Positions 37,375 to 48,133 of a stretch of 64,000 nt of DNA are shown piece by piece. The notes beneath the pieces are model-generated. The model did not search any database. It was not told the origin of the DNA and saw nothing but the letters and a program-made list of their open reading frames with translations. Source of the stretch: Chloroflexota bacterium (lineage in GTDB: Bacteria; Chloroflexota; Anaerolineae; JACRMK01); assembly GCA_016235055.1 (NCBI GenBank), contig JACRMK010000007.1, forward strand, positions 85,066-149,065. Reading direction: 5' to 3'. Position numbers and translations under genes: made by a program. Numbering within the stretch: position 1 is the stretch's first letter; each line of letters opens with the position of its first letter.

Positions 37375-38703
37375 TCATTTGAGCGCGACGAGCGACCAGG
37401 ACTGCCCGCCATCGCGAGAGACAGCGACCCGCGCGCCCGTCCCGCCGGCGATGAGCACCGGGCTGGCCCCCGAATCGGGCGAGACGGCCAGACGGTTGAA
37501 GCGCGGCGCGCCAGCCGCCTGCGGGTCGGCGCTCCAGTAGCACAGTGGCTGCCAGGTCAGGCCGCCGTCGCGCGTGACCAGTGGCGCCGAGTCGGCCAGC
37601 GCGAACGCCGTGCGGTCGCGGCCGAAACCGGTCGAGAACGCCACCGCGCGCACCGGGTAGTCCCCGGCCGTAACCCAGCCCTGCCCCGGCATGCGCTGCC
37701 AGATCGCCAGCGCTTCCGCGCGCGCTTTTGCGATTGACGGGAAAACGCGATCACTGTTGCGCGAGACGTACAGCGCGCCCGCCAGGTCGCGCCAGAAGAT
37801 CGTGCTGTCCTGCGCGTACGCCGGCGAAACCCCGGCCGGGAACGCCGACCCGGCATGCACGAACTCCCAGGTATCGCCCTGCGTGGTCGTCACCATCACA
37901 TCGCGACGGAAGGTCAGAGCGTCATTGCGCGACGCCCAGACCGCCCGGTCGATGCCGTAGTTCGGCGAGACGAACAGGCCATCCACGGCGTCCACCAGCC
38001 AGTCGCGCCACGATGCGCCGCCGTCGAACGAGGCATACACGCCGCGCGGGGCCGACGCACTGGCGAACAGCATCAGGCGGTCGGTGCCAAACGACGGCGA
38101 CAGCGCGAAATGCCGCGAGACAATGCCCGTCGTGTACCAGCCACTCGGCGTCAGACCCGCCCAACTGGTGCCGCCGTTGAACGAGCGATAGACGCCGCCC
38201 GAGCCGACCGCGAAGACGCTGGCATCGCGGGTATACACGGGCGACGCCACAATGTCGTTGACGTACTCGTTAGAGAAGCGCGCGCTCGCCCAGGTGCGCC
38301 CTGCATCGTCGGAGATGTAGATCGTCGTGCGCGTCAGCGCGGGCGAGTAGACGGCCGCCCAGGCGCGCTCCGGCGCGGCGGCGACCGCCGTCACATATTC
38401 GCCGCTGGCAGCAACCGGGGGCGGCGCCGTAGTGGAGCAGTTGGGCGCAGGAATCGCGGTGGGTCGTGCCGCCTCGGGCGCGGCCGTCGGCACGCGAGTG
38501 GGCGCCGTCGTCGAGCCGGGCGCCGCCGGCGGTGATGGCTGCGGCGATGGCACGGTGGACGGAAACGTCGTATGCGAAGGTAGCGGCGCAACCGTCGTTT
38601 CGTACGAGGCGGTCGCGGCCGGCCCGGCCGAAGATGGCGTGGGCGCGCAGGCGCTCGACAGCACCGTCAGCGCCAGCAGCCCGTGAACAAGCAAACGAAA
38701 CAT
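37375..38703 (-). CDS. BNR/Asp-box repeat beta-propeller lipoprotein (Ycf48-like/sialidase-like fold)
   Basis: Its lipobox is LSSAC. There are six SxDxGxTW repeats, and a Pro/Thr-rich linker. Confidence 0.7.
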   Translation of the reverse strand: MFRLLVHGLLALTVLSSACAPTPSSAGPAATASYETTVAPLPSHTTFPSTVPSPQPSPPAAPGSTTAPTRVPTAAPEAARPTAIPAPNCSTTAPPPVAASGEYVTAVAAAPERAWAAVYSPALTRTTIYISDDAGRTWASARFSNEYVNDIVASPVYTRDASVFAVGSGGVYRSFNGGTSWAGLTPSGWYTTGIVSRHFALSPSFGTDRLMLFASASAPRGVYASFDGGASWRDWLVDAVDGLFVSPNYGIDRAVWASRNDALTFRRDVMVTTTQGDTWEFVHAGSAFPAGVSPAYAQDSTIFWRDLAGALYVSRNSDRVFPSIAKARAEALAIWQRMPGQGWVTAGDYPVRAVAFSTGFGRDRTAFALADSAPLVTRDGGLTWQPLCYWSADPQAAGAPRFNRLAVSPDSGASPVLIAGGTGARVAVSRDGGQSWSLVALK

Positions 38704-38784
38704 GAGCGAGTTAAATCCCAAGTCCCAAAATCCAAATCCCAAACAGCGGCACGATCAGAGCACATGAAATACAGAAAGCAAGTT

Positions 38785-38823
38785 CCCTCGCCTGCGACGC
38801 CGTTTTTGCGTCGCGGGCGAGGG
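38785..38823. terminator. Strong stem-loop (ccctcgcctgcgacgc-cgttttt-gcgtcgcgggcgaggg)
   Basis: It is a 16-bp palindrome downstream of the thioredoxin-domain gene. Confidence 0.5.
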
Positions 38824-38885
38824 TTAGGGAGAGGGCCAATTCCGTCATTGAAAACCCCTGAGACTCTACGGCCAACGATTGACCA

Positions 38886-40955
38886 TCAGGCACGCAACTG
38901 TTCTTCGAGTTCGCGCGGGTCGGTCACTGGCGCCTGGCAGACGTAGTGCTCGCAGACATAAGCCGTTGCGCGGCCTCCGAACAATGTTTTGCCTTCCAGC
39001 AACGGGTATGCCGTTGCGCCCTGCTCATCCGGCGCGTGCAGGATGATCCGGTTCGGCAGATACGGCCGAAACACGGCCGCCGCCAGCGACTGCAGCGCGG
39101 CAGAGCCGGCGTCGCCCAGCAAGGCGATCTCGCGCGGCTGCGCGAGATAGAAGTCCAGCACGCCGAGCCACTGCCCGAACCCGCTGGGGTAGCGGCGCAT
39201 CAACATGCTGACGCCCTTCAGCGACTCGACAACGCGACGCGACGCATCCTCATCGCCGTCGATCGCAGCCAGTTTCAGCAGGACGCCCGCCGCCACCGAG
39301 CCGCCCGATGGCGTGGCGTTGTCAAACAGGTCGCGCGGGCGGGTGATCAGCGTTTCATGATCGTCGCTGGTGTCATAGAAGCCGCCGGTCGCGTCGCTCC
39401 AGAAGCGCGCAATCATCGCTGCCGCCAGCGAACGCGCATCGGCCAGCCAGCGCGCATCGAACGTCGCCTCGTACAAGGTTATGAAACCGTCCGCCAGATT
39501 GGCGTAGTCCTCAAGGTAGGCGTTGAGCTTGGCCTGCCCATCCTTCCATGTGCGCAGCAGCCGGCGCGGGCCATCGCCAGGCGCACTCAGGGTGCGCAAG
39601 ACGAACTCCGCATTGCGCTCGGCAATCTGTCGGTAGTCGGCGCGATCCAGCACGCGCGATGCCTCGGCGAACGCGCAGAGCATCATGCCGTTCCATGCGG
39701 TCAACACCTTCTCGTCGCGGCCGGGCCAGATGCGTTGCGCGCGCGCCGCGTACAGCTTCGGCTTCGCCGCGGCGACCACCGCGCGCAGCCGCTCGACCGG
39801 CAGTTTCAACTCGCGCGCAACGGCCTCCGCGTCCTGCGGGACATTCAGGATGTTGTGCTCCTCGAAGTTGCCGGCCTCCGTCACGTCGTAGTAGGCGCAC
39901 ACAATGCGCGCGTCGTCGCGCCCGAGCACCGCCGCGATCTCATCCGGCGTCCAGACGTAGAACTTGCCCTCGACGCCCTCGCTGTCGGCGTCCTGCGTCG
40001 CGTAGAAACCGCCGTCCGGGTGCGTCATTTCGCGCGCCACGTAGTCGAGCGTCTCGGCGACGATTTGCGCGTAGAACGGATTGCCGGTCGCCTGGAACGC
40101 GTGCAAATAGACGCGCGCCAACTGTGCGTTGTCGTACAGCATCTTCTCGAAGTGCGGCACCAGCCACTGCGCGTCCACGGAGTAGCGGTGGAACCCGCCG
40201 CCGATCTGGTCGTACATACCGCCGCGCGCCATGCCCTGCAGCGTCTGCTCGACGATCGCCAGCGCGCCGGGATAGCGCGTGCGGTGATGCGCGCGCAGAA
40301 TGAACTCCAGGTTCATCGGCTGCGGGAACTTCGGCGCGCCGCCAAAGCCGCCATGCACGCGGTCGAAACTCTGCTCGAACGACACCACCGCATCGTCGAG
40401 AATCAGCCGGTTCAGATCCTCGCGTTTCATTTGGACCTGCGCCTGTGACTGCAGCCGCTGCATCAGCTCGGCCGCCGTCTGCGCGACCGTTTCCTTGCGC
40501 TTCTCGTACGCGGAGGCGATGCTCTCCAGCACCTGCCGGAACGACGGCAAGCCGTGGCGCGGCGCGGGCGGGTAGTAGGTGCCGCCGTAGAACGGCTTGC
40601 CGTCCGGCTGCAGGAACATCGTCATCGGCCAGCCGCCGTGCCCGCTGATCGTCTGCACCGCCTGCATGTAGATGGCATCGATGTCGGGACGCTCTTCGCG
40701 GTCGACCTTGATATTGACGAAGTGCTCGTTCATATAACGCGCGGTCGCCTCGTCCTCGAACGACTCGTGCGCCATGACGTGGCACCAGTGGCAGGCCGCG
40801 TAGCCGATGCTCAACAGGATCGGCTTGTCCGCGCGGCGCGCGCGCTCCAACGCCTCCGGCCCCCACGGGTACCAGTCGACCGGATTGTGCGCGTGCTGGC
40901 GCAGATACGGGCTGGTCTCATGGGCCAGCCGGTTGGTGAATTGCGTGTCGCTCAT
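38886..40955 (-). CDS. Thioredoxin-domain protein of the YyaL/DUF255 family (six-hairpin glycosidase-like C-terminus)
   Basis: It has an N-terminal thioredoxin-like motif CHWCHVM and the typical ~690-aa architecture. Confidence 0.8.
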   Translation of the reverse strand: MSDTQFTNRLAHETSPYLRQHAHNPVDWYPWGPEALERARRADKPILLSIGYAACHWCHVMAHESFEDEATARYMNEHFVNIKVDREERPDIDAIYMQAVQTISGHGGWPMTMFLQPDGKPFYGGTYYPPAPRHGLPSFRQVLESIASAYEKRKETVAQTAAELMQRLQSQAQVQMKREDLNRLILDDAVVSFEQSFDRVHGGFGGAPKFPQPMNLEFILRAHHRTRYPGALAIVEQTLQGMARGGMYDQIGGGFHRYSVDAQWLVPHFEKMLYDNAQLARVYLHAFQATGNPFYAQIVAETLDYVAREMTHPDGGFYATQDADSEGVEGKFYVWTPDEIAAVLGRDDARIVCAYYDVTEAGNFEEHNILNVPQDAEAVARELKLPVERLRAVVAAAKPKLYAARAQRIWPGRDEKVLTAWNGMMLCAFAEASRVLDRADYRQIAERNAEFVLRTLSAPGDGPRRLLRTWKDGQAKLNAYLEDYANLADGFITLYEATFDARWLADARSLAAAMIARFWSDATGGFYDTSDDHETLITRPRDLFDNATPSGGSVAAGVLLKLAAIDGDEDASRRVVESLKGVSMLMRRYPSGFGQWLGVLDFYLAQPREIALLGDAGSAALQSLAAAVFRPYLPNRIILHAPDEQGATAYPLLEGKTLFGGRATAYVCEHYVCQAPVTDPRELEEQLRA

Positions 40956-41233
40956 CCGTCCTTCAGGTTCGCGCGGTTGGCGGCGCGATAACGCGCCGCG
41001 GCCCCCCACAACAGCAGCCCGGCCGCCAGCAATGGCACGCCCAGCCACAACAGCGCCATCTCCAGTTCGCGTTCCGGGTGCTCCCCGGCGCGCGTCAGGC
41101 TCCAGATCGTGCAGCCGACCGTGAAAGCGAACCCGACGATCAGGAAGCCGAACGTCGCCATGATGATGCTGCTGCCGGGGATGCGCTTGCGGCTGGCCGG
41201 TAGATCGTTATCATTCTTGGTTGAGTCGTTCAC
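40952..41233 (-). CDS. Small membrane protein (hypothetical)
   Basis: It has two TM helices. Its stop overlaps the start of the downstream gene as ATGA. Confidence 0.45.
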   Translation of the reverse strand: MNDSTKNDNDLPASRKRIPGSSIIMATFGFLIVGFAFTVGCTIWSLTRAGEHPERELEMALLWLGVPLLAAGLLLWGAAARYRAANRANLKDG

Positions 41234-41262
41234 AGTTAGATATTCCGCGCGGAAACATCGTA

Positions 41263-41320
41263 TCCGCGAATAACGCGAATCTTCGCGAATGAGTTTTGAT
41301 TAGCGTTGATTCGCGTTATT
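41263..41320. promoter_or_regulatory. Perfect 17-bp inverted repeat pair CCGCGAATAACGCGAAT / ATTCGCGTTATTCGCGG separated by about 24 bp
   Basis: Read directly. It lies between the aminotransferase stop and the start of the small membrane gene. Confidence 0.45.
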
Positions 41321-41334
41321 CGCGGATCGCCGTA

Positions 41335-42699
41335 TCAGACGCGCGTCTCCAGGCGGCCGATGACGTCGTCGAGTACGCTGACGACGCGGTCGATCTCCTC
41401 TTTCGTAATGACCAGCGGCGGCGACAACTGGATCACCGGATCCAGCCGGTCGTCGGCGCGGCAGATGACGCCGTTCGCCAGCAACTGGTCGGACAGCCAC
41501 GCCATGTTGGCCTCGCCGTGCAGCGACTCGCGGGTCGCCTTGTCCTTGACCAGTTCGATGCCGATGAACAGGCCCAGCCCGCGAATGTCGCCCACGATTT
41601 TCTGGTGGTCGAGCGCCTCGCGCAGCGCGCCGATCAGGTACGCGCCGGACTCCTGCGCGCGCTGCGGCAGGTTCTCGCGCTCGATGATTGCCAGGTTGGC
41701 CAGCGCCGCGGCCGCGCTGACCGGATGCCCGCCGAACGTGATGCCGTGCATGAACTTCTTCGACTCCGCGCCCAGGAACGTGTCGGCGATATCCTTGCGC
41801 ACGATCGCCGCACCGAGCGGCGAGTAGCCCGAGGTCAGGCCCTTGGCGCAGGTGATGATGTCGGCTTTGACGTTCCAGTGCTCGGTGCCGAACCAGTGCC
41901 CAACGCGGCCAAAGCCGCAGATGACCTCGTCCATGATCATGACGATGCCGGTGCGGTCGCACAGCTCACGCACGCGGCGGTAGTAGTCGGGCGCGGGCAC
42001 GATGCAGCCGCCGGAGTTCTGCACCGGCTCCAGGATGATCGCCGCGATCGTCTCGGCGCCCTCCTGCTCGACGAGCGCCTCGATCTCGCGCACGCACGAC
42101 AGGTTGCACTGCGACTCGCGCGCGCAGTACGGGCAGCGGTACTCCAGCGCCATCGGCACGTGCCGCGCGCCGGGCACCAGCGGCTCGAACGGTGCGCGCA
42201 CGCCGCTCAGACCGGTCACCGACAGCGCGCCCATCGTCGTGCCGTGGTAGGCCAGCCGCCGCGAGATCGTCTTGTAGCGCCCCGCGAAGCCGCGCGCGCG
42301 CTGGTACTGCTTGCTGATCTTCAGCGCCGACTCGACCGCCTCGCTGCCGCCGCTGACAAAGAACACGCGCGCGTCACGGTTGCCGACGATCGGCGCGCGC
42401 TCCGCCAACTGCTCGGCCACCTGCACGGCCGGCTCATTCGGATAGCTGAACGACGAGACGTAGTGGATCTTGAGCGCCTGCGCGTACATGGCGTCGGCGA
42501 TCTCTTTGCGGCCATAGCCGGCGTTCACGCAGAACAGGCCGGCCAGCGCGTCGATATACGCTTTGCCGTGCTGGTCATACACGGTGGAACCCTCGCCGCG
42601 CGTGATGACGAGCGGCGGCTGGTCGATCAGGTTCTGCATCTGGTAGAAATGCAGCCAGGTATGGTCGGCAACGGCTTCATGCAGCTTGGGCTGGGTCAT
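41335..42699 (-). CDS. Class III (omega) aminotransferase family protein
   Basis: It is PLP fold type I with an AT-III signature (DEVICGFGRVG). GTGAGGA is the RBS. Confidence 0.85.
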   Translation of the reverse strand: MTQPKLHEAVADHTWLHFYQMQNLIDQPPLVITRGEGSTVYDQHGKAYIDALAGLFCVNAGYGRKEIADAMYAQALKIHYVSSFSYPNEPAVQVAEQLAERAPIVGNRDARVFFVSGGSEAVESALKISKQYQRARGFAGRYKTISRRLAYHGTTMGALSVTGLSGVRAPFEPLVPGARHVPMALEYRCPYCARESQCNLSCVREIEALVEQEGAETIAAIILEPVQNSGGCIVPAPDYYRRVRELCDRTGIVMIMDEVICGFGRVGHWFGTEHWNVKADIITCAKGLTSGYSPLGAAIVRKDIADTFLGAESKKFMHGITFGGHPVSAAAALANLAIIERENLPQRAQESGAYLIGALREALDHQKIVGDIRGLGLFIGIELVKDKATRESLHGEANMAWLSDQLLANGVICRADDRLDPVIQLSPPLVITKEEIDRVVSVLDDVIGRLETRV

Positions 42700-42796
42700 G
42701 GCGTCCTCACGAGTATGCAAATGCGTGGCGACGAAGCGGGGCATACTGCGCCCGAGGGATTATAACACGAACGTGAACGGAAAGTTCCGGTCGCCG

Positions 42797-44023
42797 TCAG
42801 GCGTTGGGCGCCGGGCGGCGGAACAGCACGAAGATAAGCACGAGGCCGCCGACAATCAGCGCGGCGGTGAACGGGAAGACGGCGCGCACGCCCCACCACT
42901 CCGCGACCAAACCCATGACAAGCGGCGCCAGCGCACTGCCCAGGCTGCCGGTCATGCTGTAGCCACCGACGACCTGTCCGCGCGTCGCCGCCGTCGACTG
43001 CTCGGCACAGAACGCCTGCCCCGACGGCAGGTGCATGCCGAACGCGACGCCTTCCGCGACCAGCAGCAGGCCAAGCAGCCACGGATCGGCGCCGATGCTC
43101 ATCAGGCCGACCGCCCCCAGGGCGATAAACAGCGCCGCCATAATCATGCGGCGCGGCGCGATGCGCGTCGTCAGCGCGCCGCTCGGGAAGCGCGCGCAGG
43201 TCGAGCCCACGGCGCGCGCCGAGAACATCGTGTTGACCGCCGCCTGGGTCGATCCCATCTCGGCGACGTAGACGGGAAAGAAGTTGCTCACCGCGCCGTT
43301 GAAGATCGTGTTGATCAGCAGGTTGGCCAGGCTGCCCGCCACCAGGTGCGGGTTAGCCAGCATGGCGCGCATGGCATCCCACATCGAAACCGGCGCGCGC
43401 AGGGTGCCGATTTCACTGGGCCGCTGCGGTTCGGGCAGCAACCGCCAGCCGATTAGTGCGCCGGCGACCGACACCAGCGACGCCAAGGCGTAGGCCGCCG
43501 GCATCCCGGCCTGGGCCGTGATCAGCGTGGCGACCTGCGGCCCCAGCGCAAACCCCACGCCCATCGTGGTCGTATACATGCCGTACGCCAGTCCGCGCTC
43601 AGCCGGGGTCACCACGTCGCCGAGCGCGGCGACGCCGATCTGAAACGTCGAGACGAATGCGACGCCGAGCAGGATGCGCCCCGCAAACAGCCAGAGCACG
43701 TCGGGCGCGGCGGCAAACAGCGCGGTCGCGATGCCCATGACCGCCATGCCGAGCACGAGCACGCGCTTGCGCCCGCTGCGGTCCGAAGCCAGCCCGATCG
43801 GCACCGAGATGAACATTTGCGTGATGCCGACCACGCTGCTGAGCGCGCCGATAACGGCAAACGTCGCGCCCAGACTCTGCGCGTAGAGCGAGAAGGTGGA
43901 CGAGAGCATGCCGGCGACGAGGTCGGCCATAAAGATCAGATAGCATATGGCGAGCACATCGCGGCGCAACAGCGAGCGGAACGTAGCGGCGAACGTCGGC
44001 GGTGGAGCGGTCGGAACGGTCAT
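42797..44023 (-). CDS. MFS transporter
   Basis: It has 12 TM helices and the MFS motif A (GLASDRSGRKRVL). Confidence 0.8.
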   Translation of the reverse strand: MTVPTAPPPTFAATFRSLLRRDVLAICYLIFMADLVAGMLSSTFSLYAQSLGATFAVIGALSSVVGITQMFISVPIGLASDRSGRKRVLVLGMAVMGIATALFAAAPDVLWLFAGRILLGVAFVSTFQIGVAALGDVVTPAERGLAYGMYTTTMGVGFALGPQVATLITAQAGMPAAYALASLVSVAGALIGWRLLPEPQRPSEIGTLRAPVSMWDAMRAMLANPHLVAGSLANLLINTIFNGAVSNFFPVYVAEMGSTQAAVNTMFSARAVGSTCARFPSGALTTRIAPRRMIMAALFIALGAVGLMSIGADPWLLGLLLVAEGVAFGMHLPSGQAFCAEQSTAATRGQVVGGYSMTGSLGSALAPLVMGLVAEWWGVRAVFPFTAALIVGGLVLIFVLFRRPAPNA

Positions 44024-44111
44024 GGGGTTTGATGAGATTATGTCATTGGCGGCAGGGATAGGCAAATCACCGGGCAGCGGGTTGCGACGAAATTGCCCCG
44101 TGAATTTTGCC

Positions 44112-44335
44112 CAGCAATTCTCAATTTGGCTTTGTACGGGTACTTTCCAATGCCGCTTGCGATGCGCTGGCTCTCAGGCGCTTGTCACGCAAGCTGGCCC
44201 GCCGAAAAAGTGGCGCTGCCCTCCCCCCGACCCCCTCCCAACTTCGTTGGGCCCCTGCTCCCCCGCGCGCGCGGGGGAGCAGGGGCAGGGGATGAGGGGG
44301 CATATTGGTAGCCGACTCCAAATTGAGAATTGCTG
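44112..44335. mobile_element. MITE-like element, family B, inverted copy (TIR CAGCAATTCTCAATTTGG)
   Basis: It has 18-bp TIRs. Its interior is the reverse complement of the 31047-31260 interior. Confidence 0.75.
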
Positions 44336-44405
44336 AATTTTGCCCAGACCCCTTGACAGGCGGCTATTTGTGTTATATATTTAACCATATTGTTAATTAA
44401 CTACT

Positions 44406-44771
44406 ATGTTAACCACAATAACCGTTGATTCATTGAGTTCCACGCTCGCCGCCCTGTCCGATCCGACCCGCCGGGCGATTCTGGAGCGGTTGGCCACCGG
44501 CGAAGCGACCGTCACCGAGCTGGCACAGCCGTTCGCGATGAGCCTGCCTGCGATCTCGCGGCACCTGAAGGTGCTGGAGCGCGCCGGTCTGATCGAGCGC
44601 GGCCGCGAGGCGCAGTGGCGCCCCTGCCGCCTGAAGGCCGAGCCGCTGAAAGATGTGTCCGACTGGGTCGAACGGTACCGCAGCAACTGGGAAGAGCGCT
44701 TCGACCGGTTGGACGACTATCTGAAGAAAATCCAATCCGAGGGAGAGAAGAAGGATGAGCACAGTAAGTAA
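44406..44771 (+). CDS. ArsR/SmtB family transcriptional regulator
   Basis: Its HTH region is LSDPTRRAILERL...VTELAQPFAMSLPAISRHLKVL. Confidence 0.85.
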   Translation: MLTTITVDSLSSTLAALSDPTRRAILERLATGEATVTELAQPFAMSLPAISRHLKVLERAGLIERGREAQWRPCRLKAEPLKDVSDWVERYRSNWEERFDRLDDYLKKIQSEGEKKDEHSK

Positions 44772-45285
44772 AGGCGCCGCACCGACCGACGGGCAGGCGT
44801 TCCAGTTGACCCGCGTCTTCGACGCGCCGCGCGAACTCGTTTTCCGGGCGTTCACCGAGCGCGAGCACCTGTTCCACTGGTGGGGTCCGAAAGGTTTCGT
44901 CATGCTGGCCTGCGACGTCGATCTGCGGCCGGGCGGACTCTTCCGCTACGGCATGCGCGCGCCGAACGGCGCCGAAATGTGGGGCCGCTTGGTGTTCCGC
45001 GAGATTGTGTCGCCAGAACGGATCGTCTTCATCAACTCGTTTACCGATGCGGCGGGCACTCCGATCCGGCATCCGATGGAGCCGAACTGGCCGCTGGAAG
45101 TGCTGTCCACCCTGACGTTCAGCGAGCATGACGGCAAGACCGTCCTCACCAGCACCAGTGTTCCGTTCAACGCGACGGAGACCGAGGCCCGGATCTTCGA
45201 AGCGGCCAGCAAATCCATGGAGGCGGGCTTCAAGGGCACTTACGGCCAACTGGACGCCTATCTGGCTTCGTTGCGCACAGCCTGA
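44755..45285 (+). CDS. SRPBCC (AHSA1-like) domain protein
   Basis: It has the AHSA1 pattern FDAPRELVFRAFTE...HWWGP. Confidence 0.8.
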   Translation: MSTVSKGAAPTDGQAFQLTRVFDAPRELVFRAFTEREHLFHWWGPKGFVMLACDVDLRPGGLFRYGMRAPNGAEMWGRLVFREIVSPERIVFINSFTDAAGTPIRHPMEPNWPLEVLSTLTFSEHDGKTVLTSTSVPFNATETEARIFEAASKSMEAGFKGTYGQLDAYLASLRTA

Positions 45286-45379
45286 CGACACGGCGATACG
45301 CCGGAACGAAGACCCACGAAGAGCACAGCACACAAGCCGGGAACGAAGTAGGAAACGCACCCCAGGGAGGGGGCTCCAT

Positions 45380-45874
45380 ATGAGCATGACCGAGATCAAG
45401 GTTGAACCGGGCAAGCACGAGATCATTATGATTCGCGAACTTGACGCGCCGCTCGCGCTCGTCTACAGAGCGTTCACCGACCCGCAGGCCATTCCGCACT
45501 GGTGGGGGCCGCGCTACCTGACGACCACCGTCGAGCAGATGGACGTGCGGCCCGGCGGGCAGTGGCGCTTCGTGCAGCGCGCCCCGGGCGGCAGCGTGCA
45601 CGCCTTCCACGGCGTCTATCACGCCGTCACCCCGGACCGGGGAACCGTGCAGACGTTCGAGTACGAGGGCGTGCCGGGTCACGTGGCGATGGAAACGCTC
45701 GTGCTGGAAGATCTGGGCGACCGCACCCGCGTGATTGAGCAATCTGTCTTCCAGTCCGTCGCCGACCGCGACGGGATGGTCGCCGAGGGCATGGAACTTG
45801 GCGTGCGCGAATCGACGGATCGCATGGCCGAACTGCTTCTGACGATGGGGGCGCCGGCCGGGAGGAACCGATGA
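45380..45874 (+). CDS. SRPBCC (AHSA1-like) domain protein
   Basis: Same family as above. GGGAGGGGG is the RBS. Confidence 0.8.
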   Translation: MSMTEIKVEPGKHEIIMIRELDAPLALVYRAFTDPQAIPHWWGPRYLTTTVEQMDVRPGGQWRFVQRAPGGSVHAFHGVYHAVTPDRGTVQTFEYEGVPGHVAMETLVLEDLGDRTRVIEQSVFQSVADRDGMVAEGMELGVRESTDRMAELLLTMGAPAGRNR

Positions 45875-46347
45875 GCATATCCACCCACGCAGGCATCGCC
45901 GAGCGCGAGATCGTCACCACGCGCATCTTCGACGCGCCGCGCGACATTGTATTCGCGGCGTGGATCGACCCGCAGCACATCGGGCAGTGGTGGGGCCCGA
46001 ACGGCTTCACGATCACGACCGAGCGGATGGATGTGCGCCCCGGCGGCGAGTGGGTGTTCGTGATGCACGGCCCGGACGGCACCGACTACCCGAACCGGAT
46101 CGTCTATGCAGTGATCGAGCGGCCGGGCAAACTGGTCTACAAGCACGACTCGGGCGACGAGAACGAGCCGAGGCAGTTTGTGACCACCGTAACGTTTGCC
46201 GAGCAGTCTGGCAAGACCGTGCTGACGATGCGCGCTCTTTTCAAGACGGCTGCGGAGCGCGACAGCGTGGTCAGGGAACACAACGCCATCGAGGGCGGCA
46301 ATCAGACACTGGGACGGCTGGCAGCCTACCTGGCGGCGAGTCGGTGA
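45871..46347 (+). CDS. SRPBCC (AHSA1-like) domain protein
   Basis: Same family as above. There is an ATGA overlap with the upstream gene. Confidence 0.8.
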   Translation: MSISTHAGIAEREIVTTRIFDAPRDIVFAAWIDPQHIGQWWGPNGFTITTERMDVRPGGEWVFVMHGPDGTDYPNRIVYAVIERPGKLVYKHDSGDENEPRQFVTTVTFAEQSGKTVLTMRALFKTAAERDSVVREHNAIEGGNQTLGRLAAYLAASR

Positions 46348-46378
46348 CGCACAATTCACAAGGGAGAGGGAGCAACCA

Positions 46379-46948
46379 ATGCGTAAAGTGATCGTATCCG
46401 AATTTGTCACCATCGATGGCGTGATGGAAGACCCCGGCGGCGCGGATAAGTCCGCCTACGGCGGCTGGAGCATGCCGTTCTGGAACGACGAGATCGCCAA
46501 ATACAAGACCGACGAGTTTTATGCCGCAGATGCACTGCTGCTGGGGCGCGTCACTTATCAGGGCTTTGCGGCGGCCTGGCCGGCGATGGGCGGCGACGGC
46601 GGCTACGGTGACCGGATGAACAACCTGCCGAAGTACGTCGCGACGACGACGCTGACGGAATTCGCCTGGAACAACTCGCGGCGGATCGCGGGCGCCGTGG
46701 CCGCGGCGGTCGCCGCGCTCAAGCAGCAGCCCGGCATGGACATCCTGGTATTCGGAAGCTGCGGCCTGATCCAGACGCTGGCGAAGCACAATCTGGTTGA
46801 CGAGTACCGGTTGATGATTCACCCAGTGGTCGTCGGCGGCGGCAGGCGCGTCTTCGGCGACGGCCTCGCACGGCAGACTATGGAACTGGTCGAATCGAAA
46901 ACGCTCGGCAAGGGCGTCGTCGTGCTGACGTACCGGCCGGGAGCGTGA
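46379..46948 (+). CDS. Dihydrofolate reductase-like (RibD C-terminal domain) family protein
   Basis: It has the pattern VSEFVTIDGVMEDPGG...LLLGRVTYQ. Confidence 0.75.
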   Translation: MRKVIVSEFVTIDGVMEDPGGADKSAYGGWSMPFWNDEIAKYKTDEFYAADALLLGRVTYQGFAAAWPAMGGDGGYGDRMNNLPKYVATTTLTEFAWNNSRRIAGAVAAAVAALKQQPGMDILVFGSCGLIQTLAKHNLVDEYRLMIHPVVVGGGRRVFGDGLARQTMELVESKTLGKGVVVLTYRPGA

Positions 46949-46949
46949 C

Positions 46950-47513
46950 ATGCGCAACGTCATCTTTCAAATGGCGGTGTCGCTCGACGGTTACTTCGAA
47001 GGGCCGCACCATGAGCTTGACTGGCACCGGGTGGATGACGAGTTCAACGCCTATGCGATCGACCTGCTGAACCGCGTTGACGCGCTGCTGTTCGGGCGCG
47101 TGACGTATGAACTGATGGCGAGCTACTGGCCCACCCCGGCCGCTCTCGAGGACGACCCGCAGGTGGCGCGCCGAATGAACAGCCTGCCCAAGCTCGTCTT
47201 CTCGCGGACGCTGGAACGCGCCGATTGGCAGAACACGCGGCTGGTCAAAACCGATGCCGCCGCCGAAGTGTCGCGACTCAAGCAACAGCCTGGCAAGGAC
47301 GTCGCGATCTTCGGCAGTTCCGATCTGGCGCTGGCGCTGATGCCCGACCGCCTGATCAACGAATACCGCATCTTTATCACTCCGGTCGTGCTCGGTAGGG
47401 GCAAACCGTTGTTTGCCGGCATCACGGAGCGACATACGCTGGCATTGCGCAGCAGCAGGGTCTTCAGATCGGGTCTCGTCTGTCTTACCTATGCGCCCGC
47501 CAGTCTAGTCTGA
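46950..47513 (+). CDS. Dihydrofolate reductase-like (RibD C-terminal domain) family protein
   Basis: It has the pattern VSLDGYFEGPHHELDW...LLFGRVTYE. Confidence 0.75.
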   Translation: MRNVIFQMAVSLDGYFEGPHHELDWHRVDDEFNAYAIDLLNRVDALLFGRVTYELMASYWPTPAALEDDPQVARRMNSLPKLVFSRTLERADWQNTRLVKTDAAAEVSRLKQQPGKDVAIFGSSDLALALMPDRLINEYRIFITPVVLGRGKPLFAGITERHTLALRSSRVFRSGLVCLTYAPASLV

Positions 47514-47634
47514 TCGCAAGGCGTGCGAAGCGATTGAGCCAGCCCGCGCACAAGCGCGAGCTGGCTCGTTGTTGTGGGCATGCCGCCCTCCAGGGTATAC
47601 CACAAAAGTATCGGGATCGCACGGCCAGCCAGTC

Positions 47635-48010
47635 CGTCATTCCGGCACGTTTTTGGCCGGAATCCACCCAAACCGAGCGCCGCAACAGCCTCATACTATT
47701 TCAACTTGGCCATGTCCTCATAGCGATTGCGCAGACGCAACTGCCGCCCCCTCATCCCCTGGCCCCTTCTCCCCCGCGCCCGGGGGAGAAGGGGAAAAAC
47801 TACCGGGGATTGGCGCGGCGGCGTAGCCGCCGCGCCAATCCCCGGAGACTTGCTCCCCCTCCCAGCGAAGTTGGGAGGAGGCTGGGGGGAGGGCAGAATT
47901 TGGCGGTGTGCCGTGTGCTCATGCGACATGCACATGGGGACATTTTCAATTTGAAACAGTATCAGATTCCGGTTGGAGTGGATGCCGGCTAACACCATGC
48001 CGGCATGACG
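47635..48010. mobile_element. Composite MITE: a family A element (TIRs at 47635 and 48010) carrying a nested family B-like element (47692-47965)
   Basis: The outer termini match CGTCATTCCGGC / GCCGGCATGACG. The interior has CATACTATTTCAACTTGG...CAATTTGAAACAGTAT termini and the CCCCTCATCCCCTGGCC palindromic core. Confidence 0.6.
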
Positions 48011-48133
48011 ATCGGCTGCGCCTCCAACAGTTTGGCGGTATACCCGCCCTCCGGCATGGCTCCTTCATGGTATAATGCCGGGGTGAGCGTCTGAGTCATA
48101 CGTCCAACCCATTTATACACCCGAGGAGCCCGC

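Noticed and set aside
38946-42765. Plus-strand ORFs 38946-40448 and 41296-42765, and minus-strand ORF 39940-40866
   Set aside because: They are antisense to, or frame-shifted within, the YyaL thioredoxin-domain gene and the class III aminotransferase gene.
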